A stretch of 64,000 nucleotides of DNA from a bacterium (GTDB lineage Bacteria; SM23-81; DAOVCL01): the NCBI GenBank assembly GCA_029932675.1, contig JAOZPP010000001.1, forward strand, positions 24,099 through 88,098, given 5' to 3'. A model generated the notes under the pieces. It was given only the letters and a program-made list of their open reading frames with translations. It was not told where the DNA came from and made no database searches. The position numbers and the translations under genes are program-made. Shown piece after piece: positions 55,361 through 64,000 of the stretch (within the stretch, counting starts at the first letter, position 1; the number at the start of each line of letters is the position of its first letter).

Positions 55361-56305
55361 TCACCGGGAGGAGAGCCTATCCACCAGGAGGTAGATTCCA
55401 CTAAGCGTGCCCAAAATTCCAATTACATCCCTGGTTGTTCCCCAAAATCCCCTCCAAAACGTGGACTTACGGGGGACGAAAACCGTGTCTCCAGGCCTTA
55501 GAAGAAAAGGAGAAGGGACCCCGGAAGGTGATTCTTCCAAGTTAACCTTTGCCACCCGGGAATAGGGGAGCCCCTGGCTCACTACCGTCACCTCACTCAG
55601 CTTGGCCTCAGGTGTGGGACCTCCAGCCATCACGATGGCCGCCAGAAGGCTCATATTCTTCTCAATGGTATAGGCTCCAGGGCGGCTGACCTCACCATAG
55701 AGATAAACCCTTTTGCCTCCCAGCTCAGTCGATCCCCCTCCGGTTGATATTCCCGGTATATAGACTGTATCCCCTGATTTGAGGGAAGGGAGAAGGGAGG
55801 GGTCCCCTGTCTCCAGAAATTTGGTCAAGTCCACCAGAATTGGCCTCTGCCCTTGGCCTCTGATGATGGTTACCCCACTCAAGATAGCGGTCTCCGTGGG
55901 ACCTCCAGCCTCAAGGATAGCCTGCCAGAGGTTGGGGAGTGCCTCAAATGTATACTTGCCTGGGGTGAGAACCTGCCCAGTAAGATATATCTTCTTACTT
56001 CCATATTGGGTAACAACCACAGTGGCCTGGGTAATCCCCTTGTTGTAGATAGAGATTTTTTCCACTATCTTCTTGCCCAATTGAGTAGGGGTGAGGCCGG
56101 CCGCGGTTACTGAACCTATTATGGGTAGGGTTATCTTACCATCCCGCCCTACCCTGACCTGAGCGTTCAGATCGGGCTGCTGCCAAAACTGAATGGAGAG
56201 GACGTCATCTTGACCAATCACATACTCCCCAGCAACCAGGGAGAGCGACCAGAGAAGAAGAACGAATAAGACGATTCCCCATTTTATATATCGGCAATCC
56301 ATCAT
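55361..56305 (-). CDS. polysaccharide export protein (Wza/EpsE-like, Poly_export + SLBB domains)
   Basis: Signal peptide, then YVIGQDDVLSIQFWQQPDLNAQVRVGRDGKITLPIIGSVTAAGLTPTQL. Duplicated SLBB-like GDTVYIPG/GDTVFVPR. Confidence 0.75.
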   Translation of the reverse strand: MMDCRYIKWGIVLFVLLLWSLSLVAGEYVIGQDDVLSIQFWQQPDLNAQVRVGRDGKITLPIIGSVTAAGLTPTQLGKKIVEKISIYNKGITQATVVVTQYGSKKIYLTGQVLTPGKYTFEALPNLWQAILEAGGPTETAILSGVTIIRGQGQRPILVDLTKFLETGDPSLLPSLKSGDTVYIPGISTGGGSTELGGKRVYLYGEVSRPGAYTIEKNMSLLAAIVMAGGPTPEAKLSEVTVVSQGLPYSRVAKVNLEESPSGVPSPFLLRPGDTVFVPRKSTFWRGFWGTTRDVIGILGTLSGIYLLVDRLSSR

Positions 56306-57120
56306 TACTCCTTTAGTCTATTTTGAATAAAACATACTGGAAAAAAATGAAATTGGCAAGGGAAAAAGCCACGGAAAATACTTCGGCGGTTTAAACCGTT
56401 CAATAATAGGCAAAAAGTAACCACTATGCGGGAATAGAATTGGCTAACCCCAAAGAAACCCCAAGAAAGAACTTGGTTCACTACAAGTCCTCCCTATAGC
56501 GGCTATCACCCCTCTGGTCTACAATAATCCCCCTCATCCCTTGAGGGGGTCATAACTTCTGTAAACAACCCTTTGCTTTGGGCATTTCTGAGAAGCTCCA
56601 AAAGGTTCTATAAAAGCTGCTCAGGAGCGGATCAGGGCAAAATGGGCATAATAAGATATAAGCAAAATCTGTGCCAAGGAAGGGGAACAAGTAAGTAATT
56701 CGGGGTTTCTCCTTCTATCCCCAAATTCTCCCCCCTTGGAGAGACTAATTTACCCTCCTTTGCCATAGAGTGTTTTCCTTTTATCTCCGCATTTTGCAAA
56801 GGGCTGCAAAGTTTATGCAAATACCTTCAACGAGAAGAGAAATTCCTCTTGATTTTCCCTCCCCCACTGCTTATTTTATAACCATCTCTACTACCTCAGT
56901 GGAACTGCTTACCTAACCCGGATTGTTCATAAGCACCTCACGGATGGATCTCAAGAGCTGTTCCTACAGCAAAAATATTAAGAAATTTGGGACTCGATGC
57001 TAATTTCTGAATAAATCGGGAAAGGGAAATCCGCAACCGGGCAGGAGCGGTTAGGTAAAAACTTTTAGCGTCAAGGCTTTCATATAGGGAAACATCTGCT
57101 AACCCTTGAGGATATCGATT

Positions 57121-58365
57121 ATGAAGGACCTCACCGGTCAACTTGAGCTGACAAACAAGAAACTGAAGAGGAGGCTTTACGATCTATATACCCTCTTCGA
57201 GCTTAGTCAACACCTTAACTCTGTACTGGAGCTTGATCCCCTCCTTGACTCCATCCTCCTGATCTGCCTAGGCCAAATGGGGGTAGGGGGGGCAGTTCTT
57301 TTTCTCACCCAAAGGGGGACGTTGAAGGTAGCCAAAGCCAAGGGGATGAAATCCCAAGATCTTCAGGGAAAGGAGATCGGGCTTCACAGCACCTTGGGAC
57401 AGTTCCTCTCTAAGGCCAACCGAGCCATCCTTTTTGGTGATTTAGAGAAAATAGCGGGGGCTGAGGAGGAGGTAAAAAGGCTAGACAGCTTAGAGTGCGA
57501 GGTGTGCATCCCCCTTAATATAAAGGGAAGGTTAAAGGGAATTTTAACCCTTACCCCGAAGATCTCTGGTGCTCCTTTTACAAGTAACGACTTAGAGTTT
57601 CTCACCACATTGGCCAATCAATTGGGGGTAGCCATCGAGAACGCTGAACTTTATGAGAGTGTAAAATTAACCAACCTCGAACTGAGGAGAACGCAGCAAC
57701 AGTTGATCCATAGCGAAAATTTAGCTACCGTAGGGAGACTGGCAGCTACTCTCGCTCATGAGATAAACAATCCCCTTGGGATAATAAAGAACTACCTCAC
57801 CCTTCTCAGCAAAAAGGGGAACCATAATTCAGAGACCATAGAGGTAGTAAAAGAGGAAGTGGAAAGAATTGGCAAAATCGTGGGACAGCTCCTCGACCTC
57901 TCCCGGCCGATGTCAGAACCAAGAAGCCCTATCGACTTAAATCAATTGATCAGGGAAACCTCCTCGGTCCTAAGAGAACAACTCCTCCGAGATGGAATCA
58001 CCTTAGAAGAGAACCTTTCCCCCATCTCATTAGTAAATGCCTCTCCTGGCCAATTAAAACAGGTCTTCCTCAACCTGATTGCCAATGCTAAAGAAGCAAT
58101 GCCTCGGGGTGGGAAGTTAGTGATAAATACCAAAATGGAAGATAACTTTGTGGAGATAAGTTTCTCAGATACCGGAGAGGGTATTAAGGAGGGGGAGATA
58201 AAACGGCTTTTTCAACCATTCTATACCACTAAAAAGGATGGTATGGGGTTAGGTCTCTCCATCTGTGAGGAGATAATTCGCAACCATAGAGGTGAGATAT
58301 TGGTCAAGAGGGGTAAAGAAAAAGGAAGTATCTTCACCGTTAGGTTGCCGGAGGTTGGTAAGTAA
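57121..58365 (+). CDS. GAF-domain sensor histidine kinase
   Basis: GAF N-terminus. H-box ATLAHEINNPLGII. HATPase_c N/G boxes (NLIANAKEAM, DTGEGI, GMGLGLSI). ATG at 57121. The listed 57106 start is a TTG. Confidence 0.8.
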   Translation: MKDLTGQLELTNKKLKRRLYDLYTLFELSQHLNSVLELDPLLDSILLICLGQMGVGGAVLFLTQRGTLKVAKAKGMKSQDLQGKEIGLHSTLGQFLSKANRAILFGDLEKIAGAEEEVKRLDSLECEVCIPLNIKGRLKGILTLTPKISGAPFTSNDLEFLTTLANQLGVAIENAELYESVKLTNLELRRTQQQLIHSENLATVGRLAATLAHEINNPLGIIKNYLTLLSKKGNHNSETIEVVKEEVERIGKIVGQLLDLSRPMSEPRSPIDLNQLIRETSSVLREQLLRDGITLEENLSPISLVNASPGQLKQVFLNLIANAKEAMPRGGKLVINTKMEDNFVEISFSDTGEGIKEGEIKRLFQPFYTTKKDGMGLGLSICEEIIRNHRGEILVKRGKEKGSIFTVRLPEVGK

Positions 58366-60425
58366 TGGGAGGTAGGATTCTTGTTGTAGACGACGAGGAA
58401 AGGATGTGCGAAAGCATGCGCGCCCTCCTCTCTCAAGAGGGATATGAGGTAGATACAGCCTTAGATGGAATTGAAGCCATCAAGAAGGCTCAAAAAGGAA
58501 GATTCGACATGGTAATTACCGACCTGAGGATGTCCCCGATAGATGGGATCAAAGTATTGGAGGGCGTAAAGGAAGCATCTCCTCAGACACTTATAGTCAT
58601 CCTCACCGCTTATGCCACCCTGGATTCAGCCATAGAAGCCATAGGCAAAGGGGCTTATGATTACCTGATGAAACCGGTGGAATTCCCAGATTTGAAGAAA
58701 ACGGTGGAGCGGGGGATGGAGAAGTTAGAATGGGAGCGAAGGCAGAGAGAGCTCATGATAGAACTCCGGGAGAAGAATATCCTCTTGGAACAGAGGCTAC
58801 GGGAATTAGACGCTGTCTATGAGGCTTCGACTTCTCTTATCTCCGTGCTCAAGCTCGATGATAGCTTAGAGAGGATTGTGAACTTAGCTGCGGATGTCTT
58901 AGGGGCTAAATTAGGTTCTTTAATGATCTTAGATGAGAAAGGAAAGTATTTAACTATAAAGGCAGCAAAAGGGCTGGAAGAAGATATCATTAGGCAGACA
59001 AGACAAAAGGTTGAGGGAAGCATCTCTGGTTGGGTAGCCCAGAAGGGAGAACCTCTGCTTGTGGAGGATATCGAATTAGACCCCCGCTTCCGAAGATTGA
59101 ACCGACAAAAGTACGAGACCAAATCTCTTCTCAGCGTTCCCCTAAAGATCAAGGGAAAGATTTTAGGGGTGTTGAATATGAACAACAAATCATCGGGAGA
59201 CCCTTTTAACAAATCTGACCTCCGCCTTCTTTCTACCTTCGCCTCTCAAGCCGCTTTGGCCATTGAGAACGCTGCCCTCTTCGAGGAGAGCCGAAAGAGG
59301 ATTAAGGAACTCTCTGTCCTCTATAGGATTGCCAGTAACCTCCCATCTTCTGAAAACCGGGAGTCTATGATCCTTATGGTCTGTCAGGGTTTAATGGAGA
59401 TAATGAATGTAGAGAACTGTTATTGGTTCCAGGGTGAGGGCAAAGAGTTCAATCTCGTTTACACTTGCCAGGAAGGGAAACCCACCTCCTTCCCCCCCCT
59501 TAAGCTAAAAATTGAAGAAGACCTTAGCTCAGAAAACCTTTCCCAAAGGGTGCACGCCTTCTTGGTCGCTAATGGCCTGCTCTCTTCCCAGGCTAAGGGA
59601 ACCCTCTCAGTCCCCCTGATGATTAGAGGAAAACTGAGGGGCATCTTCTCCCTATCAGCTCCAGAGGAACTCTCCGAGCGGGAGAAGAAGCTAACGTCAA
59701 TCTTAGTCTCCCAGGCCACTTCCCTCTACGAGACCCAAAGCGCCATCCTCTCAGCCGGCCAACTGATGATTATGGGCCAACTTGTTTCAGAGATCAGCCA
59801 TGACCTTAAACAACCATTGACCAGTATGCGTGGAACCCTCCAGATGCTCAAACAAAAGTGGGACAAACTGCCCTCGAAGGAGGAATATCTGAACAACTTG
59901 GAAAAGGATATAATGACGCTCTCTGATTTGGTCAGGGAATTACTTCGCTTCTCCAATCCTCAGTCATATGCTCGCCAACCAAAACAGATTACCGTGATAA
60001 TTGATCGGGCCTTGGAGCTAGTGGGAAGTGAGTTAGAGGCAAATGATATCAGGGTAGAGATCACTTCCCCCTCCCCACTACCCTCGCTTCTCTTAAACGA
60101 AAACGAGATCCTCCAGGCAATAATCAACATCATCTTCAATTCGATCCAGGCCATGCCATCTGGGGGGAGACTGGGGATAAAGGTCCAAGAGGTGAAGAAA
60201 AAGGGAAGAAATTTCCTAAAAGTTGAAATTTCCGATACCGGGGTAGGTATACCGGCCGAGAACTTAAGTCACATATTTGACCGTTACTTCACCACCAAAG
60301 AAGGAGGGACTGGTCTAGGCCTCTCTATCGTCAAAAGAATCATTACCGCTCATCAAGGAGAAATGGAGGTAAAAAGCACCCTTGGGAAGGGGACAACTTT
60401 TAACATCTATCTACCCATATTATGA
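58365..60425 (+). CDS. hybrid response-regulator receiver / tandem GAF / histidine kinase protein
   Basis: REC ILVVDDEERM...MVITDLRMSPIDG. Two GAF-like regions. HisKA/HATPase_c (EISHDLKQPL, DTGVGI, GTGLGLSI). Overlaps neighbours by 1 and 4 nt. Confidence 0.75.
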   Translation: MGGRILVVDDEERMCESMRALLSQEGYEVDTALDGIEAIKKAQKGRFDMVITDLRMSPIDGIKVLEGVKEASPQTLIVILTAYATLDSAIEAIGKGAYDYLMKPVEFPDLKKTVERGMEKLEWERRQRELMIELREKNILLEQRLRELDAVYEASTSLISVLKLDDSLERIVNLAADVLGAKLGSLMILDEKGKYLTIKAAKGLEEDIIRQTRQKVEGSISGWVAQKGEPLLVEDIELDPRFRRLNRQKYETKSLLSVPLKIKGKILGVLNMNNKSSGDPFNKSDLRLLSTFASQAALAIENAALFEESRKRIKELSVLYRIASNLPSSENRESMILMVCQGLMEIMNVENCYWFQGEGKEFNLVYTCQEGKPTSFPPLKLKIEEDLSSENLSQRVHAFLVANGLLSSQAKGTLSVPLMIRGKLRGIFSLSAPEELSEREKKLTSILVSQATSLYETQSAILSAGQLMIMGQLVSEISHDLKQPLTSMRGTLQMLKQKWDKLPSKEEYLNNLEKDIMTLSDLVRELLRFSNPQSYARQPKQITVIIDRALELVGSELEANDIRVEITSPSPLPSLLLNENEILQAIINIIFNSIQAMPSGGRLGIKVQEVKKKGRNFLKVEISDTGVGIPAENLSHIFDRYFTTKEGGTGLGLSIVKRIITAHQGEMEVKSTLGKGTTFNIYLPIL

Positions 60426-61810
60426 GAAAAGAAGAGGAAAACAAGGTCCTTGTAGTCGACGATGACCCCCGCATCTGCTGGATGCTTAATGAAGCCCTTA
60501 AAGACGAAGGTTATCAGGTCTTCACCGCCAGGGATGGACAATCTGCACTCCAGATAGCACTCAAAGAGAATCCTCAGGTGATGGTCTTGGATATAAAACT
60601 ACCCGATATAAGCGGATTGGAAGTACTGGAAAGGTTGCGTCAAGCAGAACTAAGGGTGGAGGTAATCATCCTCTCCGCCCACGGGGAGACTAAGAATGTA
60701 GTGAAGGCCATAAAATTAGGGGCGGCGGATTTCGTTAACAAACCATTCGATATTGAGGAAGTAAAGATGCATATCCGCAATACCCTGGAGAAGGGGAGAC
60801 TGAAGAAAGAAGTGCAGTTTCTCCGCTCCGAGTTGAAGGCCAAGAACAAGTTCGAGAGCTTCATTGGAGATAGCCCCCAGATCATAGAGATAAAGAAATT
60901 AATAGAAGAGGTGGCGGATAGTGGCCTTACCGTTCTCATCCGTGGTGAAAGCGGAACGGGGAAGGAGATCATCGCCAGGATACTCCACCACATCTCCTCC
61001 AGAAGAAGTGGACCATTCATTAAGGTTAACTGCGCGGCTATCCCCAAGGAGCTCTTAGAGGCAGAGCTTTTCGGATATGAAAGAGGAGCCTTTACCGGAG
61101 CCTACAAGCGAAAGCCGGGTAGGTTCGAGTTGGCCAACCAGGGAACCATCTTCCTCGATGAAATCGGTGACATGCCTATTGAACTCCAAGCGAAGCTTCT
61201 TCAAATCTTAGAACATCGGGAATTCGTCAGGGTGGGAGGGGTGGAGACCATCTCTGTGGATGTGAGAATCATCTGTGCCACAAATCAAGATCTGGAAAAG
61301 AACTTAGCTGAGGGAACTATGCGCGAGGACCTCTATTACCGGTTAAATGAGATAACCATCCCCATACCACCTTTAAGGGAGCGGAGAGAGGATATCCCCC
61401 TTCTGATAGAACACTTCATCAATATCTATAATAAACAATTCAACCGGCAATTCCCTCCCCTCTCCCCCTCCACTTTGCAAGCCATAGAGGAATATGACTG
61501 GCCCGGAAATGTAAGGGAATTGGAGAACCTGATAAAACAGACCATAGTTCGGGGAGATGAAGGGATCATTAAATCTGAACTGAAAAAGAGAAGTTCCCTT
61601 TCTTCCTCCTCCCCCTCTCCCCCCCAGACCACTGAGGATGAGCTCTCCCTGAAGAAAGCCAGCCAGAAGGCCATAGAGGAGACGGAAAAGAACCTGATCA
61701 GCAAGGCTTTAAATCAGACCAATTGGAATAGGAGGAAAGCCTCCCAGCTTCTGGGGATAAGCTATAGGTCCCTCCTCTATAAAATCAAGGAATACGGGCT
61801 GGGTACTTAA
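60422..61810 (+). CDS. sigma-54-dependent Fis-family response regulator (NtrC class; PrsR-like)
   Basis: REC domain. AAA+ GESGTGKE. GAFTGA-type ERGAFTGA. C-terminal Fis HTH QLLGISYRSLLYKIKEYGL. Confidence 0.85.
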   Translation: MRKEEENKVLVVDDDPRICWMLNEALKDEGYQVFTARDGQSALQIALKENPQVMVLDIKLPDISGLEVLERLRQAELRVEVIILSAHGETKNVVKAIKLGAADFVNKPFDIEEVKMHIRNTLEKGRLKKEVQFLRSELKAKNKFESFIGDSPQIIEIKKLIEEVADSGLTVLIRGESGTGKEIIARILHHISSRRSGPFIKVNCAAIPKELLEAELFGYERGAFTGAYKRKPGRFELANQGTIFLDEIGDMPIELQAKLLQILEHREFVRVGGVETISVDVRIICATNQDLEKNLAEGTMREDLYYRLNEITIPIPPLRERREDIPLLIEHFINIYNKQFNRQFPPLSPSTLQAIEEYDWPGNVRELENLIKQTIVRGDEGIIKSELKKRSSLSSSSPSPPQTTEDELSLKKASQKAIEETEKNLISKALNQTNWNRRKASQLLGISYRSLLYKIKEYGLGT

Positions 61811-62012
61811 TCGCTAATGAAGGGAGTATCATCTTAAATCTAAGAGTTCTTGACCTTAGTCAAAGGGTCTAGAGCTATCATTTCCTCAGTAGCTCTATGA
61901 TTAATTAGGTATTCACTGCTTTTGCTATGGTTGATAAGGGATTAGACGTTTATTGACCTAAGTTTCCAGGGTCCACTAGTGCGGTAGAATTCTTGTGCCC
62001 TGTTTAGTCTAA

Positions 62013-62045
62013 GGTGGCAGGAGATGGTTCTGCCGCCTTATTTTT
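62013..62045 (+). terminator. Rho-independent terminator downstream of the two-component operon
   Basis: GGCAG-gagatggtt-CTGCC hairpin followed by GCCTTATTTTT. Confidence 0.5.
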
Positions 62046-62079
62046 AGAAGACTTAGCCCTCTAAGTAAGGCAAAACCAA

Positions 62080-63807
62080 TTGAAGGTAAAAATTGCCCGA
62101 TACGCTGGTTTCTGTTGGGGAGTAAGAAGAGCGGTAAATATGGTTCTGGAGGCTGTACACAGAAGGGAACCGAACCTATTCACCTATGGGGCTCTCATCC
62201 ACAATCCTCAAGTCACTGGGCTCCTCCAAAACCTCGGCGTGGGGATTATAAATAACCCCTCGGATGTTACTCCCAACATCAACCTTTTCATAAGGTCGCA
62301 TGGGATATCCCCTCGGGAGAGGAAAGAGCTTCAGGACCGGGGAGCAAAGATCCATGATGCCACTTGCCCTTTGGTGGAGGTCGTGCAGAAGACGATCGAA
62401 AAATTTTCCCAAGATGGATATGGAATAATCATCGTCGGAGAGGCTCACCACCCCGAGGTATCCGCTTTATTGGAGTTTGCTCAGGGCAAAGGGGTAGCGA
62501 TCTCGAAAGAGGATGAGGTGAGGAAGCTTCCCCAATGGGAGAAGGTGTGCGTGGTTGCCCAGACGACCCAGGAGAGGAGAACTTTCAAAGAATTGGCTAA
62601 ACAAATTAGGGCCAAATACCGAAACTGCAGAGTATTTGACACCATCTGCCCAGCAACTGGAAAGAGACAGGAGGAGGTGCGAAAACTTTGTTCCAGGGTA
62701 GAGGCGATAGTGGTAGTTGGGGGGAGAAATAGCGCCAATACAACCCGCTTAGCCCAGATCTCCCGCTCCTTAGGGAAACCTACCTTCCATATAGAAACTG
62801 AGGAGGAGATAGGAAGGAAAGATTTTATAGGGGTAAAATCTATAGGTATAACTGCAGGAGCCTCCACGCCCAATTGGATAATTCAAAGGGTAGTGGAGAG
62901 GATAGAAAACCTGGAGAGGAGCGGTGGGTTGAGAGGACTTTTCTTCCGCGGGATAAGGTTCCTCATCCGCAGCAACCTCTACCTAGCCTTTGGAATAGCC
63001 TGCTTCAGCTATGCAGCAAGCCGCTTGCAGGGGGGCGAGCCCAGACTGGCTTTCCTTCTGGTAGCCTCGGGATACGTCTTCTCTATGCACCTTATCAACC
63101 ACTATACAGACCCCTCCCCGGCGAATTTCAACGAACCCTACAGGGTTTCCTTCTACCGCCAGCATAGATCCGCTCTGCTGAGCTTAGCTCTCCTCTCGTT
63201 GGTACTTACCATATCTTTATCCATTTATTTGGGTTCTCTCCCCTTCATCCTGCTTGCTTTTTTATCCTTAATGGGGGCAGTTTATCGGTTAAAGATCATC
63301 CCCCCTAGCTGGCCAATACTTCCTTATCGAAGGTTAGTGGAAATACCAGGCTCGAAGGATATCTTCCTCGCCTTGGCCTGGACCCTGGTAATAGTGGCTC
63401 TCCAGGGCCTGAGCAAGGGGAATAAGCTATCGCCTTCCTTGGGAGTAGCCTTTGCCTTCACCTTCATCCTCTCTTTGGTTAGGTCTACCCTCTTCAGCCT
63501 CAAGGACATTCAAGGGGATAGAATCGTGGGGAGAGAAACCTTACCGATAATCTTAGGAAAGAAGAAAACAAAACTGTTTCTGGTGACCATTTTAGCCCTC
63601 CTTAGCCTCCTCCTCCCCTTCTCCTGGATGCGGGGGTGGACATCCTCCCTAAGCCTCTGGTTACTCCCTACAGTGGCCTATTCTTACTTCTACCTTTTCC
63701 TCTACCATAAAAGAGTTATCTTTCAAGGTATTCTTTCCGAGGCGGTAGTGGATACGGGCTTTATCCTCTCCGGTGTCAGCGGTTATCTCTGGTCTCTTAT
63801 CCACTAA
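62080..63807 (+). CDS. ispH: fusion protein: 4-hydroxy-3-methylbut-2-enyl diphosphate reductase (IspH/LytB) N-terminal domain + UbiA-family prenyltransferase-like membrane domain
   Basis: IspH motifs GFCWGV, DATCPLV, GEAHHPEV, VVAQTTQ, ICPATGKRQ, VVVGGRNSANTTRL, GITAGASTP. C-terminal ~290 aa has 8-9 TM helices with UbiA-like NHYTDPSPANFNEPYR and KDIQGDRIVGRETLPI Asp-rich motifs. Confidence 0.75.
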   Translation: MKVKIARYAGFCWGVRRAVNMVLEAVHRREPNLFTYGALIHNPQVTGLLQNLGVGIINNPSDVTPNINLFIRSHGISPRERKELQDRGAKIHDATCPLVEVVQKTIEKFSQDGYGIIIVGEAHHPEVSALLEFAQGKGVAISKEDEVRKLPQWEKVCVVAQTTQERRTFKELAKQIRAKYRNCRVFDTICPATGKRQEEVRKLCSRVEAIVVVGGRNSANTTRLAQISRSLGKPTFHIETEEEIGRKDFIGVKSIGITAGASTPNWIIQRVVERIENLERSGGLRGLFFRGIRFLIRSNLYLAFGIACFSYAASRLQGGEPRLAFLLVASGYVFSMHLINHYTDPSPANFNEPYRVSFYRQHRSALLSLALLSLVLTISLSIYLGSLPFILLAFLSLMGAVYRLKIIPPSWPILPYRRLVEIPGSKDIFLALAWTLVIVALQGLSKGNKLSPSLGVAFAFTFILSLVRSTLFSLKDIQGDRIVGRETLPIILGKKKTKLFLVTILALLSLLLPFSWMRGWTSSLSLWLLPTVAYSYFYLFLYHKRVIFQGILSEAVVDTGFILSGVSGYLWSLIH

Positions 63808-64000
63808 AATGTCGAAAAGGTTAACAACCAAACTACCAAAGCACCATGGAGATTGCCTAAATAAATAGCTAAACTGTCGGGGAAGGTTACAAAAGCAAAG
63901 TGATTATCTATTGGTTAAATTATGTAACAGCTTGAGAAGTAGTGAGTTAAAGGTTAAACTTAACTGGCATTAATTTTGCATTTTAATAGTTTTGAAATGA

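Noticed and set aside
56351-56370. Candidate sigma-54 promoter TTGGCAAGGGAAAAAGCC
   Set aside because: GG-to-GC spacing is 11 rather than 10 nt, and it is about 750 nt from the nearest plus-strand gene. Not convincing.

Overview
This 64-kb window looks like it comes from an uncultivated Gram-negative bacterium, probably of the FCB-like lineage, because two secreted proteins carry T9SS type-A C-terminal sorting domains. Almost all genes are on the minus strand.

Summary of features:
- **Cell-surface glycan locus (1-10 kb):** GT4, GT2, an O-antigen-ligase-like protein, a CDP-alcohol phosphatidyltransferase, an HldE-type heptose-7-phosphate kinase, a GT9 heptosyltransferase, a flippase-like membrane protein and a DUF2723+TPR GT-C-like protein.
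- **Riboflavin operon (10-14.7 kb):** a metallophosphoesterase and a complete ribD-ribE-ribBA-ribH-nusB operon.
- **Secretion genes (15-25.7 kb):** a beta-barrel-like secreted protein and a 1023-aa surface protein with three tandem ~190-aa repeats and a T9SS C-terminal domain. They sit beside a polytopic membrane protein, an EpsI-like protein with an exosortase, a four-helix-bundle protein, a second T9SS-tailed FN3 protein and a parallel-beta-helix protein.
- **Low-GC exopolysaccharide island (about 25.7-49.5 kb, by eye):** a CapK-like ligase, five GT4/GT2 glycosyltransferases, an FkbM methyltransferase, a DegT aminotransferase, two FemAB-like GNATs, Wzy-like and Wzx proteins, a flippase-like protein, two polysaccharide deacetylases, an ATP-grasp enzyme, a methyltransferase and an ACP.
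- **Export operon (50.5-56.3 kb):** Wza-like exporter, Wzz/GumC-like protein, a STAS-HTH protein, a TPR protein and a BY-kinase.
- **Sigma-54 two-component operon (57.1-61.8 kb):** GAF-HK, REC-GAF-HK and an NtrC-like activator, resembling PrsK/PrsR of exosortase systems.
- **ispH-ubiA fusion gene (62.1-63.8 kb).**

Main observations:
- A family of TIR-bounded, MITE-like structured repeats occupies most intergenic gaps of the low-GC island. They share a terminus TTGACAGGATGAACAGG, GGA-rich ACAGGAT arrays and internal CGTNNNT heptamer microsatellites.
- Two copies of that repeat bracket a DUF4258 plus YgiT-zinc-finger toxin-antitoxin-like pair.
- A higher-GC, plus-strand cassette of two paralogous dual-HTH proteins sits antisense inside the island, with its own sigma-70-like promoter and palindromic GGTCAATTGACC-type flanks.
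- Two ~100-bp inverted repeats of about 90% identity bracket the methyltransferase-ACP-deacetylase segment, and one copy carries a pseudo-copy of the methyltransferase 3' end.
- A 970-bp structured noncoding region lies at 49.5-50.5 kb.

No rRNA, tRNA or CRISPR was found.
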